In this document: positions 44,708 through 54,736 of the stretch, piece after piece | How positions within the stretch are numbered: position 1 is the stretch's first letter | How the letters are laid out: every line of letters starts with the position of its first letter | Source of the DNA: Elusimicrobiota bacterium | GTDB taxonomy: Bacteria; Elusimicrobiota; Elusimicrobia; Elusimicrobiales; UBA9959 | Length of the DNA: 56,116 bases | Reading direction: 5' to 3' | Assembly: GCA_027340875.1 (NCBI GenBank) | Contig: DAIENX010000076.1 | Span: 1 to 56,116, forward strand | Notes under the pieces: model-generated | What the model was told of the DNA's origin: nothing | Database searches by the model: none | Seen by the model: the letters and a program-made list of their open reading frames with translations, nothing else | Made by a program: the position numbers and the translations under genes

Positions 44708-45592
44708 ATGAATCGCCGCAGGGAACGTCTGATAAGGTACCTCTTCACTGTCCTGGCTTTCGCCTCGCTGGCCTTCCTGGTCGGCATCATTCTCGTGCTT
44801 TTCAAGGAAGCCCTTCCCGTCTTCAAGGTCGTAAGCCACAAGGCATTCCTGTTCGGGGAGAGCTGGTATCCCACCGCGGACCCGCCGGAATTCGGCATAC
44901 TCCCGCTGATATTGGCCTCCCTGTGGGTCACGGCCGGCGCGCTGGTCATCTGCGTGCCTCTCGGCGTAGGCAGCGCGCTCTACCTGCACGAGCTGGCGGG
45001 CCACAGGCAGAGGGCCCTGCTCAAGCCTGTCATAGAGATACTGGCCTCCGTGCCTTCCATAATCTACGGTTTCTTCGGCATGGTGGTACTGGCCCCTTTC
45101 ATGCAGAAGGCCTTCGACCTGCCCATAGGTCTCTGCCTGCTGACCACAAGCGTCATCCTGGGCGTGATGGCCACCCCCACGGTGGCCAGCATATCCGAGG
45201 ACGCTCTCAGCTACGTGCCGCGCTCCTTCCGCGAGGCCTCGTTCGCCGTGGGGGCCGACCGCTGGCAGACGCTGACCAAAGTGATAATACCCGCGGCCGG
45301 CTCCGGCATCTCCACCGCCGTGATACTCGGCATGAGCCGCGCCATAGGCGAGACGATGACCGTGCTGATGGTGGCCGGCGGCTCCGCTGTAATTCCGGAA
45401 TCGGCCTTCGACCCCGTGCGCCCGATGACGGCCGCTATAGCGGCCGAGATGGGCGAGGCCCCGGTGGGCAGCGACCATTACCACGCGCTGTTCGCCATAG
45501 CGCTTATCCTGTTCCTGATCACTTTCCTGTTCAATGTCGCGGCGGAGCTGATAAGCCGCCGCTACCGCCTGAAGCTGGGGCTGTCGAGATGA
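44708..45592 (+). CDS. pstC: Phosphate ABC transporter permease
   Basis: FGILPLI, LASVPSIIYGFFG, SRAIGETM motifs. Confidence 0.95.
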   Translation: MNRRRERLIRYLFTVLAFASLAFLVGIILVLFKEALPVFKVVSHKAFLFGESWYPTADPPEFGILPLILASLWVTAGALVICVPLGVGSALYLHELAGHRQRALLKPVIEILASVPSIIYGFFGMVVLAPFMQKAFDLPIGLCLLTTSVILGVMATPTVASISEDALSYVPRSFREASFAVGADRWQTLTKVIIPAAGSGISTAVILGMSRAIGETMTVLMVAGGSAVIPESAFDPVRPMTAAIAAEMGEAPVGSDHYHALFAIALILFLITFLFNVAAELISRRYRLKLGLSR

Positions 45593-46470
45593 CGGCCGCC
45601 CGCATCCCCGGCCCTTCAAAGCGGCGCGCGCTCGCGCAGAAGCTGGGCTTCGCGGCGCTTGGCGCCTGCATGCTGGCCAACATCCTCTTCCTGGGTGCCA
45701 TCCTTTTCTTCATAGCGGCGAAAGGCCTTTCCGCCATAAGCTGGGAGTTCCTGACGCAGGCCCCGCGCGATTCCATGACCGCCGGCGGCGTGGCTCCCGC
45801 CATAGTGGGCACCTTCTACCTGACGTTGGGGGCCATACTGTTCTCCCTGCCGCTCGGCGTGGCCTGCGCGGTCTACCTCACCGAGTACTCTCCTAAGGGC
45901 TGGGCGGTGAACCTGCTGCGCGTCAGCATCAACAACCTGGCCGGCGTGCCGTCCGTGGTCTTCGGCCTGTTCGGCCTGACGGTCTTCGTGAAATACTTCG
46001 GCTTCGGGGTCTCCATACTTTCCGGCTCGCTTACTCTGGGCATCCTGGCCCTGCCGGTCATCATTTCCGCCTCGCAGGAGGCTCTGGTGGCCGTGCCGCA
46101 GTCCATACGCGAGGCTTCCCTCGCGCTCGGCGCCACGCAGTGGGAGACCATACGCAAGGTGGTGCTGCCCGCGGCCCTGCCGGGGATACTTACCGGAGTG
46201 ATACTCAGCGTAGGCCGCGTGGCCGGCGAGACGGCGCCCATACTTTTCACGGCCGCCGCCTTCTACCTGAAGGGTTACCCGACTTCGCCCTTCTCCGAGG
46301 TGATGGCGCTGCCTTATCACATTTACGCGCTGATGACCGAGGGTACCCACCCTGAGATACAGACCCGCATAGCCTACGGCTCCAGCCTGCTGCTGCTGGG
46401 GCTGGTGCTGGGCGTGTCGCTGATAGCCATAGTCATACGCCAGCGGCAAAGGAAGGTTTACCATGCATGA
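45589..46470 (+). CDS. pstA: Phosphate ABC transporter permease
   Basis: [36 protein letters not shown] overlap with pstC. Confidence 0.95.
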   Translation: MTAARIPGPSKRRALAQKLGFAALGACMLANILFLGAILFFIAAKGLSAISWEFLTQAPRDSMTAGGVAPAIVGTFYLTLGAILFSLPLGVACAVYLTEYSPKGWAVNLLRVSINNLAGVPSVVFGLFGLTVFVKYFGFGVSILSGSLTLGILALPVIISASQEALVAVPQSIREASLALGATQWETIRKVVLPAALPGILTGVILSVGRVAGETAPILFTAAAFYLKGYPTSPFSEVMALPYHIYALMTEGTHPEIQTRIAYGSSLLLLGLVLGVSLIAIVIRQRQRKVYHA

Positions 46471-47338
46471 TCTGAACGTGGACTACGAGAAACAGATGGG
46501 GATGGAGAACTTCCACCCTTCGCTGCTGCAGGGCTCAGTCGGCATCAACGCGGACCCGATGGGCACGGCCGACGTGGTCGGCGCCGAGCCGAAGATAGCG
46601 GCCCGCGGGGTCAGCTTCTACTACGGCGCCAAGCAGGCGCTGAAGAACATCAATATAGGCTTCAGCCCCCGCCGCGTCACCGCCATTATCGGGCCCTCCG
46701 GCTGCGGCAAATCCACCTTCATCCGCCTGCTGAACCGCATGCACGAGCTGGTGCCCGGCACCAGGCTGGAAGGCGAGATCCTGCTGGACGGCCTCGACAT
46801 CACTTCCCCGGCCTGCGACGCGGCCGAGCTGCGCAAGCGGGTCGGCATGGTCTTCCAGAAGCCGAACCCCTTTCCCAAGAGCATTTACGAGAACGTGGCC
46901 TACGGCCTGCAGGTCAACGGAGTGAAGGACAGGCACTTCATCGAGGAGAAGGTGGTGGACTCGCTGAAGAAGGCCGCGCTCTGGAACGAGATAAAGGACC
47001 GGCTGAAGGACAGCGCGCTCGGCCTCTCCGGCGGCCAGCAGCAGCGCCTCTGCATAGCGCGGTGCCTGGCCGTGGAGCCCGAGGTGATACTGTTCGACGA
47101 GCCGTGCGCCAGCCTCGACCCGATCTCCACCGGCAAGATAGAGGAGCGCATCCTCGAACTCAAAAAGGACTATACTATCGTGATAGTCACGCACAACATG
47201 CAGCAGGCGGCGCGCGTCTCCGACCGGACGGCCTTCTTCCTGATGGGAGAGCTGGTGGAGGAGGGCGGCACCGGGCGCATCTTCAAGGCGCCGCGCGACA
47301 GGCGCACCGAGGACTACATAACCGGGAGGTTCGGCTGA
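46463..47338 (+). CDS. pstB: Phosphate ABC transporter ATP-binding protein
   Basis: [37 protein letters not shown]. Confidence 0.97.
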   Translation: MHDLNVDYEKQMGMENFHPSLLQGSVGINADPMGTADVVGAEPKIAARGVSFYYGAKQALKNINIGFSPRRVTAIIGPSGCGKSTFIRLLNRMHELVPGTRLEGEILLDGLDITSPACDAAELRKRVGMVFQKPNPFPKSIYENVAYGLQVNGVKDRHFIEEKVVDSLKKAALWNEIKDRLKDSALGLSGGQQQRLCIARCLAVEPEVILFDEPCASLDPISTGKIEERILELKKDYTIVIVTHNMQQAARVSDRTAFFLMGELVEEGGTGRIFKAPRDRRTEDYITGRFG

Positions 47339-48021
47339 TGCACAGGCATTTCGACGAGGAACTGGGCGGGCTCAAGAACGACATCCTCAGGATGGGGGCG
47401 CTGGCGCGCGAGGCCATCACCCGCGCCGTGGAGGCGCTGAAATCCGGGGACGCCGCCGCCGCGAAGAAGGTCATCGAGTCGGACATCGAGATGGACGAGC
47501 TCGAGCTGGAGATAGACGACAAGTGCCTCAACCTGATAGCGCTGCACCAGCCTATGGCCGGCGACCTGCGCTTCATCACCACCGCGATCAAGCTGAACGC
47601 GGAGCTGGAACGCATCGGCGACCTGGCCGTGGACGTGGCGCAGCGCGCGCTGGACATCTCCGGCAAGCCGCTGCTGAAGCCGCTGATAGACATCCCGCGG
47701 CTCGCCGAGCTCGCCAAGCGCATGAGCGGCGAGGCCATCGAATCCTTCGTGAAGGGAGATACCGAACTGGCGAAAAAGGTGGTGCTCTCGGACCCGGAGG
47801 CCGACGATCTGAAGCGCGCGGTGGAGAAGGAGCTGATCTACGACTACATGATGAGGGACGGCTCCTCCTCGGACCGGGCCGTGCCGCTGCTGCTGGCCGC
47901 CAGGCACCTGGAGCGCGTCTGCGACCACGCCGTCAGCATGGCCGAGGACATCATCTATATGGTTTCGGCCAGGGTGGTGCGCCACCACCCCGAAGAGCTG
48001 AACCGTAAGCCGGAAAATTAG
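47338..48021 (+). CDS. phoU: Phosphate signalling protein
   Basis: QPMAGDLR, ELERIGDLA, LERVCDHA motifs. Confidence 0.95.
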   Translation: MHRHFDEELGGLKNDILRMGALAREAITRAVEALKSGDAAAAKKVIESDIEMDELELEIDDKCLNLIALHQPMAGDLRFITTAIKLNAELERIGDLAVDVAQRALDISGKPLLKPLIDIPRLAELAKRMSGEAIESFVKGDTELAKKVVLSDPEADDLKRAVEKELIYDYMMRDGSSSDRAVPLLLAARHLERVCDHAVSMAEDIIYMVSARVVRHHPEELNRKPEN

Positions 48022-48049
48022 CGGTCTGTTGAAAAGCCCCGTGCCGGCT

Positions 48050-49078
48050 TCATGAGCCGGGCAGGCGGTCCCAGAAGCTGCTCGGCGGCTGCCATTTCGC
48101 GCCGCTGGCGTCGTTCAGCAGGAAGTGGTTCTTCCCCTTGTCGTCCACCCACAGGGCCGCAGTGCCCTTCATGCCCTCCAGCAGCTTGAAGGCCTTCTCC
48201 CTGCCCATCACGGCGAGCGCCGACGAGGACATGAAGTTGTCCCCGTCCAGGTCCGGGTAGTAGATAGTGAGCGCGGCGTAGTCCTTTATCGGGTAGCCTG
48301 TGCGCAGGTCCAGTAAATGCGAGTAGAGCGTGCCCTCTATCTCGGTGAACTGGTCCCTGCCGGAGGAGGAGATCACCATGCCCTTGTCGAAGCCGAACAT
48401 GCCCAGGATGTCGCCGTGGTTGAACGGGTCCGGCACCCGGTAGCGCCAGTTCCTCTCTCCGTAGGCCAGCATGTTGCCGCCCAACCTGAGCTGCACCGGG
48501 TAGGAGGGGGCCCTCTCCTTCAGTATCCTGTAGGCCCGCTCGAAGCAGTAGGGCCTCACAAGAGCGCCCAGGTTTATCTGCACCGGTCCGGTGAAATGAA
48601 CGGCCTTTTTCGCGGCCTCCACCTCCACGCAGCGGTAGCCTATGCGCTTCATCGCTTTCGCTATCTCCTCCCTGGGGGGCAGCTTTTTGCGCGCGCCGGC
48701 CTCGCGCCAGATCGGGTAGAGCGGGGCGAAGGTTATGTCGAACGCGCCGCCGCTTAGGCGGGAGTAGTCCAGGCCCAGCTGCAGGATGCGCAGGAACTCG
48801 TCCGAGACCGGGACCCATTCGTCGGCGGCCCGTTTGTTCACCACCGAAGTGAGGCTGTAGGGGTCGGTGGAGTTGAACTCCCCCGCGACGCGCTCCCATT
48901 CGGCGAATATCTCGTCCGCCAGTTCCTTGGCGCCCGGAGTGCTGGAGCCGTAGGCCCGGAACTGGGCCGAGACGTTCATGATATAGGATTTCTGCAGGTA
49001 GGCGGCCCTGCTGCCCCGGCGGCCGCAGCCGCCGGCGAAAAAGACCAGCGCGGCCAGCGCAAGCAGGGTCTTCTTCAT
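48050..49078 (-). CDS. apbE: ApbE-family flavin transferase-like lipoprotein (degenerate motifs)
   Basis: Lipobox AGGC; SGGAFDITFAPL, YSHLLDLRTGYP motifs. Confidence 0.8.
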   Translation of the reverse strand: MKKTLLALAALVFFAGGCGRRGSRAAYLQKSYIMNVSAQFRAYGSSTPGAKELADEIFAEWERVAGEFNSTDPYSLTSVVNKRAADEWVPVSDEFLRILQLGLDYSRLSGGAFDITFAPLYPIWREAGARKKLPPREEIAKAMKRIGYRCVEVEAAKKAVHFTGPVQINLGALVRPYCFERAYRILKERAPSYPVQLRLGGNMLAYGERNWRYRVPDPFNHGDILGMFGFDKGMVISSSGRDQFTEIEGTLYSHLLDLRTGYPIKDYAALTIYYPDLDGDNFMSSSALAVMGREKAFKLLEGMKGTAALWVDDKGKNHFLLNDASGAKWQPPSSFWDRLPGS

Positions 49079-49217
49079 CCGTTCGCCCCCATGACAGGAT
49101 AAAAAATACCACTTTATCGCGGCCGCCTTCAACAGGGTTGCGGCGGTGTTGTATAATGGACCGAGGGGGCATAAAGCTGTCTTCGCCCCGGTCGCTTCCG
49201 GAGCAGCAGGGGGGTAC

Positions 49218-50375
49218 ATGAATATCAAGGACCTGTCCGTCATAGCCGTGGACGACGACGAAGGCATGCTGGGCATGCTGGAACGCTCGTTCAGGGGCGC
49301 GAGGGCCTTCGCGTCCTATTCAAGTTCCGACGAGTTCCTGGCCGGGGCCAGGCTGGACGCCTGCGATCTCGTGCTGACCGATATAAACATGCCCGGCGCG
49401 CTTAACGGCATAGCCCTGACCAGCCGCATCAGGAGCCTGTCGCCGCAGTGCGACGTGGTGGTGATGACCGGCGAGGGCACGCTGGACAACGCACTGGCCG
49501 CGATGAAGGCCGGGGCCTACGACTTCCTGATGAAGCCGTTCTCCGTGGATTACCTGGAGACCACAGTGGACAGGTGCGTGGAGAAGCGCGCGATCTCCGC
49601 CGAGCTGCGGGCGATGAAGGCCGCCCGCGAGGAGCTGCAGGCCGCGTATTCCCAACTGCAGGCCTCCGAGCGCATGAAGGAGGCCTTTCTCTCCGTTATA
49701 GGCCACGAACTGCGCACTCCGCTGACGAAGATAATCGCCGGCACGGAACTGCTGCGCGGCAGCTGCCCGGGGCGGGAAGAGGTCTTTTCCGCCGTGACTG
49801 GCGGCGCCGCCGAGCTGGAGACCGTGATAGAGTCGCTGATACTTTACGCCGACATGCGTAAGGAGCAGGCGCCGCCCAGCAGCGAGCCCGTGGACCTGCG
49901 CGAGCTCGGTCGCTCGGTGGCGGCCGAACTGGGCCCGAAGGCCGCCGCAGCCGGCGTGCGGCTGGTCCTGAAGGACGCGGAAGGTCCAGCGATGGTGACC
50001 GGGAATCCGTCGTGGCTGCGCAGCGCGCTGCGCCGGCTGGTCCAGAACGCGGTCAACTTCAACGTGCGCGGCGGCTGGGCGGAGGTGGCGGTAAAGAGCG
50101 GCGAACGGGGGGCTTCCGTGACCGTTTCCGACAGCGGCATCGGCATACCGGAGGAGCTGGTGGCCGGTCTCGGCACCCCTTTCTACCAGTTGGCCGAGCA
50201 TATGACCAGGAAGACGGGCGGTCTGGGGCTCGGGCTGGCCCTGGTGAAGCACGTGGTGGAGGCTCACAACGGTAGGCTGTCGGTAAGGACCGTGCCGGGA
50301 AAAGGCACCGCCTTCACCATCGCTTTCTCCGCGGGGACCGTCCCCGCTTCGGGCGTGAAGTCCGGCCCGGGCTGA
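49218..50375 (+). CDS. Hybrid response regulator-histidine kinase (REC-HisKA-HATPase)
   Basis: AVDDD, LTDINMP, GAYDFLMKP; HELRTPL, NAVNF, GLGLGLAL. Confidence 0.9.
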   Translation: MNIKDLSVIAVDDDEGMLGMLERSFRGARAFASYSSSDEFLAGARLDACDLVLTDINMPGALNGIALTSRIRSLSPQCDVVVMTGEGTLDNALAAMKAGAYDFLMKPFSVDYLETTVDRCVEKRAISAELRAMKAAREELQAAYSQLQASERMKEAFLSVIGHELRTPLTKIIAGTELLRGSCPGREEVFSAVTGGAAELETVIESLILYADMRKEQAPPSSEPVDLRELGRSVAAELGPKAAAAGVRLVLKDAEGPAMVTGNPSWLRSALRRLVQNAVNFNVRGGWAEVAVKSGERGASVTVSDSGIGIPEELVAGLGTPFYQLAEHMTRKTGGLGLGLALVKHVVEAHNGRLSVRTVPGKGTAFTIAFSAGTVPASGVKSGPG

Positions 50376-50450
50376 GGCTTCGGGGCGTCCTCGCGGTCAA
50401 AATAGTATAATTACAGATTCAGTTACAGCAAAAAGGACCCGCAGAACGCC

Positions 50451-53096
50451 ATGCAAAGCTACCAGATACGCAAAAGCTTCCTCGATTTCTTCGCCAAACA
50501 CGGCCATCCGGTCGTGAAGTCCAGCCCGCTGATCCCCGAGGGCGACCCCACGCTGCTGTTCACCTCCGCCGGCATGGTGCAGTTCAAGCCCTATTACCTC
50601 GGCCTTAAGACCGACATGAAGCGGGCCGCCTCCTGCCAGAAGTCCTTCCGAACCACCGACATAGATAATGTCGGCCGCACCAGCCGCCACATGACCTTCT
50701 TCGAGATGCTGGGCAACTTTTCCTTCGGCGACTATTTCAAGGCGGAGTCCATAGCCTGGGGCTGGGAGTTCCTGACCAAAGAGATGGGGCTGCCAGCGGA
50801 GCGCTTCTACCCTTCCGTCTACCGCGGCGGCGTGGCGCCCAGGGACGAAGAGGCCCGCGCCATCTGGGAGAAGGTGCTGCCGAAGGGCATGCAGTCCCAT
50901 ATAGTGGAGCTGGGCGACAGCGACAACTTCTGGGCGATGGGCGACACCGGCCCCTCCGGCCCGTGCTCGGAGATCTACTGGGACCGCGGCGAGCGGTTCG
51001 CGCACAAGGGCTGCGCCGGCCCAGGCTGCTCCTGCGACCGCTACATCGAGGTCTGGAACCACGTCTTCACGCAGTTCGACAAGCGGCCCGGCGGCGTGTT
51101 CAACCCGCTGCCGAAGAAGAACATTGACACCGGCATGGGCCTGGAGCGCCTGGCCTTCGTGGTGGAGGGCAAGGACAACGCTTTCGAGACCTCGCTCTTC
51201 ACGCCGATCATGGGCGCCGCCTCCAAGCTGCTCAAGGCGGAAGCCGGCTCCTCCCCGGAAGTCCTGGCCGCTTTCCGCATCATCAGCGAGCATCTGCGCG
51301 CCTCCACCTTCCTGCTGGCCGAGGGCATCATCCCCTCCAACGAGGGCCGCGGTTACGTACTGCGCCGCCTGGTGCGCCGCGCCTCGCGCTACGGGCGTAT
51401 GCTGGGCGCCAAGGACCCCTTCCTGCACAAGCTGGTGCCGTCCGTGCACGAGGTGTACAGGGACGTATACCCCGAGATAATCTCGGCGGAGAAGACCATA
51501 AAGGAAGCGCTGAAGTTCGAGGAGCAGGGCTTCATAGAAACGCTCGAGACCGGGGAAAAGTACCTCTCCGACCTGCTGGAAAAGAACCCCCACGGCGTGC
51601 CCGGAGAGGAGGCCTTCAAGCTTTACGAGACCTACGGCTTTCCGCTGGAGCTGACGCGCGAGATAGCGCTGAAGAGGAACATCCCGCTCGACGAGGCAGG
51701 TTTCGAGCGCGCGCGCAAGGCCGCGCAGGCCACCGCCAAGGCCGGCTGGAAGGACTCCGGCGAGAAGAACGCCTTCCTTTTCCAGAAGGCCGAGGAAAAG
51801 TTCCCTCCTACCGTCTTCACCGGCTACGAGGCCGTGGAAGGCGAGGCGAAGATAGTGGGCCTGCTGGATACCGCCGGCAATTTCGTGGATTCCCTCAAGC
51901 CGGGTCTCGAGGGCTGGGCCGCGCTCGATCGCACCCCTTTCTACGCCGAGTCGGGCGGCCAGGTGGGCGACCTGGGGCTGTTCCTGGCGGGCGGAAAGGC
52001 CGTGGCCGAGGTCCTGGATACGCAGAAGCCGGCGGGCAAGGTCTTCTTCCACCGCGTGAAGGCCGTGGAGAGGCTGGACGCCGGGCAGGAAGTGACGGCC
52101 CAGGTCTCCACGCTGCGCTACCGCACCGCCTGCAACCACACCGCCGTGCACGTGATCAACGCGGCGCTCAAGCAGGTCTTCGGCGAGAGCACGCGCCAGG
52201 CCGGCTCCATAGTGACGCCAGATAAATTCCGTTTCGACTACACCACCACGAAGGCCCCGACCAAGGAGGAGCTCGCGAAGGTGGAGGCCATCTCCAACGC
52301 CGCCGTGGCCGAGAACTACCGCGTCTTCAAGGCTGAGCGCCCGCTCAAGGACGCCGAGAAGTTCGGCGCAACCACGCTGCTGGGTGAGAAGTACGCCGAC
52401 CCGGCGCGCTTCGTGCTGATCAACAAGGGCGGTTTCGACCGCGAGAAGGACCGCTACAGTCTGGAGCTGTGCGGCGGCACGCACATCGACGCGCTAGGCG
52501 AGCTGATGCTGGTGAAGGTGCTGAAGGACTCCTCGGTCTCGCGCGGCGTGCGCCGCATAGAGGGCGTGGCGGGGCTGGCCGCCGTGGACCACCTGCGCGC
52601 CGCGGCCGAGCTGGCCGAGGCGGCCGCGAAGAAGCTTTCAGTGCCGGTGGAGGAGCTGCCCGCCCGCCTGGAGCAGCTGCTCGCCAGCCTCAAGGAGCTC
52701 AAGAACGGCAAGGCCAAGGCGGCCCCCGCGGCGAAGGCCGGCGAGGGAAAGAAGCTGCTGTCCGGCGGCATCGACGGCTCCGGCTCGAGCTTCATGGTGT
52801 ACGACGCGGGAGACCTGGACATGAAGGCGCTGCGCGGCTTCTCCGACCAGGTGAAGAAGGGCCTCTCCTCCACGCTGCTGTTCATCTATTCCGTCTCGGG
52901 CGGCAAGTTCTCTTTCATAGTCACCCACACCGGCGACGTGGGCGCGGACGCCTCCGCCATAGCCAAGGGCGCGGCCGCGGCCCTCAACGGCTCCGGCGGC
53001 GGCCGCAAGGATTTCGCGCAGGGCGGCGGCGAGCCTCCCGCCGACATGGCCGCTTTCGAGAAGACGCTGGCGGAGCTGGCGAAAAAGCACATATAG
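50451..53096 (+). CDS. alaS: Alanine--tRNA ligase
   Basis: LLFTSAGMVQFK, FFEMLGNFSFGDYFK, DTGMGLER, NHTAVH, ELCGGTH, GGGRKDFAQGG. Confidence 0.98.
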   Translation: MQSYQIRKSFLDFFAKHGHPVVKSSPLIPEGDPTLLFTSAGMVQFKPYYLGLKTDMKRAASCQKSFRTTDIDNVGRTSRHMTFFEMLGNFSFGDYFKAESIAWGWEFLTKEMGLPAERFYPSVYRGGVAPRDEEARAIWEKVLPKGMQSHIVELGDSDNFWAMGDTGPSGPCSEIYWDRGERFAHKGCAGPGCSCDRYIEVWNHVFTQFDKRPGGVFNPLPKKNIDTGMGLERLAFVVEGKDNAFETSLFTPIMGAASKLLKAEAGSSPEVLAAFRIISEHLRASTFLLAEGIIPSNEGRGYVLRRLVRRASRYGRMLGAKDPFLHKLVPSVHEVYRDVYPEIISAEKTIKEALKFEEQGFIETLETGEKYLSDLLEKNPHGVPGEEAFKLYETYGFPLELTREIALKRNIPLDEAGFERARKAAQATAKAGWKDSGEKNAFLFQKAEEKFPPTVFTGYEAVEGEAKIVGLLDTAGNFVDSLKPGLEGWAALDRTPFYAESGGQVGDLGLFLAGGKAVAEVLDTQKPAGKVFFHRVKAVERLDAGQEVTAQVSTLRYRTACNHTAVHVINAALKQVFGESTRQAGSIVTPDKFRFDYTTTKAPTKEELAKVEAISNAAVAENYRVFKAERPLKDAEKFGATTLLGEKYADPARFVLINKGGFDREKDRYSLELCGGTHIDALGELMLVKVLKDSSVSRGVRRIEGVAGLAAVDHLRAAAELAEAAAKKLSVPVEELPARLEQLLASLKELKNGKAKAAPAAKAGEGKKLLSGGIDGSGSSFMVYDAGDLDMKALRGFSDQVKKGLSSTLLFIYSVSGGKFSFIVTHTGDVGADASAIAKGAAAALNGSGGGRKDFAQGGGEPPADMAAFEKTLAELAKKHI

Positions 53097-53152
53097 CCTT
53101 ACAGCGGCCCGGTATTTGGCTATAATATAAAGCGGTAAGACGGCCGGAGCGC

Positions 53153-53227
53153 GCGCCCGTAGTGAAATGGATATCACGGGAGCCTCCGAAGCTCTAAGTG
53201 CAGGTTCGATTCCTGCCGGGCGCACCA
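53153..53227 (+). tRNA. tRNA-Arg (anticodon CCG)
   Basis: Acceptor GCGCCCG/CGGGCGC, anticodon arm GGAGC-CTCCGAA-GCTCT, T-loop GGTTCGATTCC, encoded CCA. Confidence 0.97.
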
Positions 53228-53250
53228 GGCCGTAGCCCGCTCCTCCCTGA

Positions 53251-54729
53251 ATGAATTTCGAAGACGAGATCTCCCTGCTGATAAAGTCCCGCTACCCGCT
53301 GGTGCAGGTGGACACCATCGACGAGGATTACGTGCTGGGCCAGCTCTTCAGCGTGGCCCAGGCCCAGGGGATGACCTTCTATTCGTGGTCCCTCAGCAAG
53401 GGCCTGCGCATAGGCCGCAACGAGAACTCCTTCTACAAGACCAACGACCCGGTGGCCATGCTGCGCATAGCCAACGACCTGGTCAGCGAGCCGCACCCGG
53501 CCGTCTTCTCCCTGTGCGATTTCGACCGCTACCTGGCCGACCCCGCCCCGGCGCGCTTCTTCAAGGACATCCTGGAGCGCATAAAGGGCTCCCCGACCAC
53601 CGTGGTGCTGCTCTCCTCGGAGGCCAAGCTGCCCCCGGACATCGCGCCGCTGGCCGCCCGCATCCAGGGCGGCTATCCCGACGAGAAGGAGATCCTGCGG
53701 GAGGTTAACCGCGCCGTGGCCGAGTTCAAGAGCTCCTCCTCCGCCCTGCAGATCGACGTGCCGCCCGAGGTCCTCAAGCGCATGGTCAAGGCCCTGAAGG
53801 GCCTGTCGCTGCAGCAGGTGCGCAACGCGCTGAACATCTGCATGCTGAAGGACTACCGCCTGGACAAGGACGACATCCAGGAGATAGAGAAGTTCAAGAA
53901 GGACGCCTTCGACCGGGACGGCGTGCTGGAGTACTTCGGCTCCGAGCACAAGGCCGACATCGCCGGTTTCGACAACCTCAAACGCTGGGTCTCCGACAGG
54001 CGCAACGCGTTCTTTTCCGACGGGCCGCTGCCGCCGCCCAAGGGCCTGCTGCTGCTGGGCGTGCAGGGCTGCGGCAAGTCCCTGGCCGCCAAGGTGATAG
54101 CCGGCGAGCTCGGTATCCCGCTCTACCGGCTGGACCTGACGCGCCTCTACTCCAAGTACATCGGCGAAACCGAGGAGAACCTGCGCAAGGCGCTGGCCAC
54201 CGTGGAGCGCCTGGCCCCGGTCTGCCTGTGGATAGACGAGATCGAGAAGATCTTCGCCGCCTCCTCCGGCGACATAGACGGCGGCGTCTCAAAGCGCGTG
54301 CTGGGCACCATGCTGACCTGGATGCAGGAGCGCAAGGACCGCTCGTTCATCGCCGCCACCTCCAACGACATCAACAACCTGCCGCCGGAGCTGCTGCGCA
54401 AGGGCCGCTTCGACGAGATCTTCTTCGCCGACCTGCCGGACCGGGCCGTGCGCGCGGAGATACTCGCCATACACCTGCGCAAGCGCGGCCTGAACCCGGA
54501 AGATTTCGACGTTCCCGCCCTGGCCGCCGCCTGCGAAGGCTTCAGCGGCGCCGAGCTGGAGCAGGCCGTCATTTCCGCGCTGTACAGCGCCTCAGGCTCC
54601 GACGAGAAGATCTCATCCGCCCACGTGATGGAACAGATAAAGCTCACCAGGCCGCTCTCGGTCATCAAGGCCGAGGCGGTGGATTTCCTGCGCAACTGGG
54701 CCAAAGAGCGCGACATACTCCCGGTCTAG
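53251..54729 (+). CDS. AAA+ ATPase (Ycf46-like)
   Basis: GVQGCGKS Walker A, LWIDEIEK Walker B, LPPELLRKGRFDEIFF. Confidence 0.92.
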   Translation: MNFEDEISLLIKSRYPLVQVDTIDEDYVLGQLFSVAQAQGMTFYSWSLSKGLRIGRNENSFYKTNDPVAMLRIANDLVSEPHPAVFSLCDFDRYLADPAPARFFKDILERIKGSPTTVVLLSSEAKLPPDIAPLAARIQGGYPDEKEILREVNRAVAEFKSSSSALQIDVPPEVLKRMVKALKGLSLQQVRNALNICMLKDYRLDKDDIQEIEKFKKDAFDRDGVLEYFGSEHKADIAGFDNLKRWVSDRRNAFFSDGPLPPPKGLLLLGVQGCGKSLAAKVIAGELGIPLYRLDLTRLYSKYIGETEENLRKALATVERLAPVCLWIDEIEKIFAASSGDIDGGVSKRVLGTMLTWMQERKDRSFIAATSNDINNLPPELLRKGRFDEIFFADLPDRAVRAEILAIHLRKRGLNPEDFDVPALAAACEGFSGAELEQAVISALYSASGSDEKISSAHVMEQIKLTRPLSVIKAEAVDFLRNWAKERDILPV

Positions 54730-54736
54730 CCTCCGC

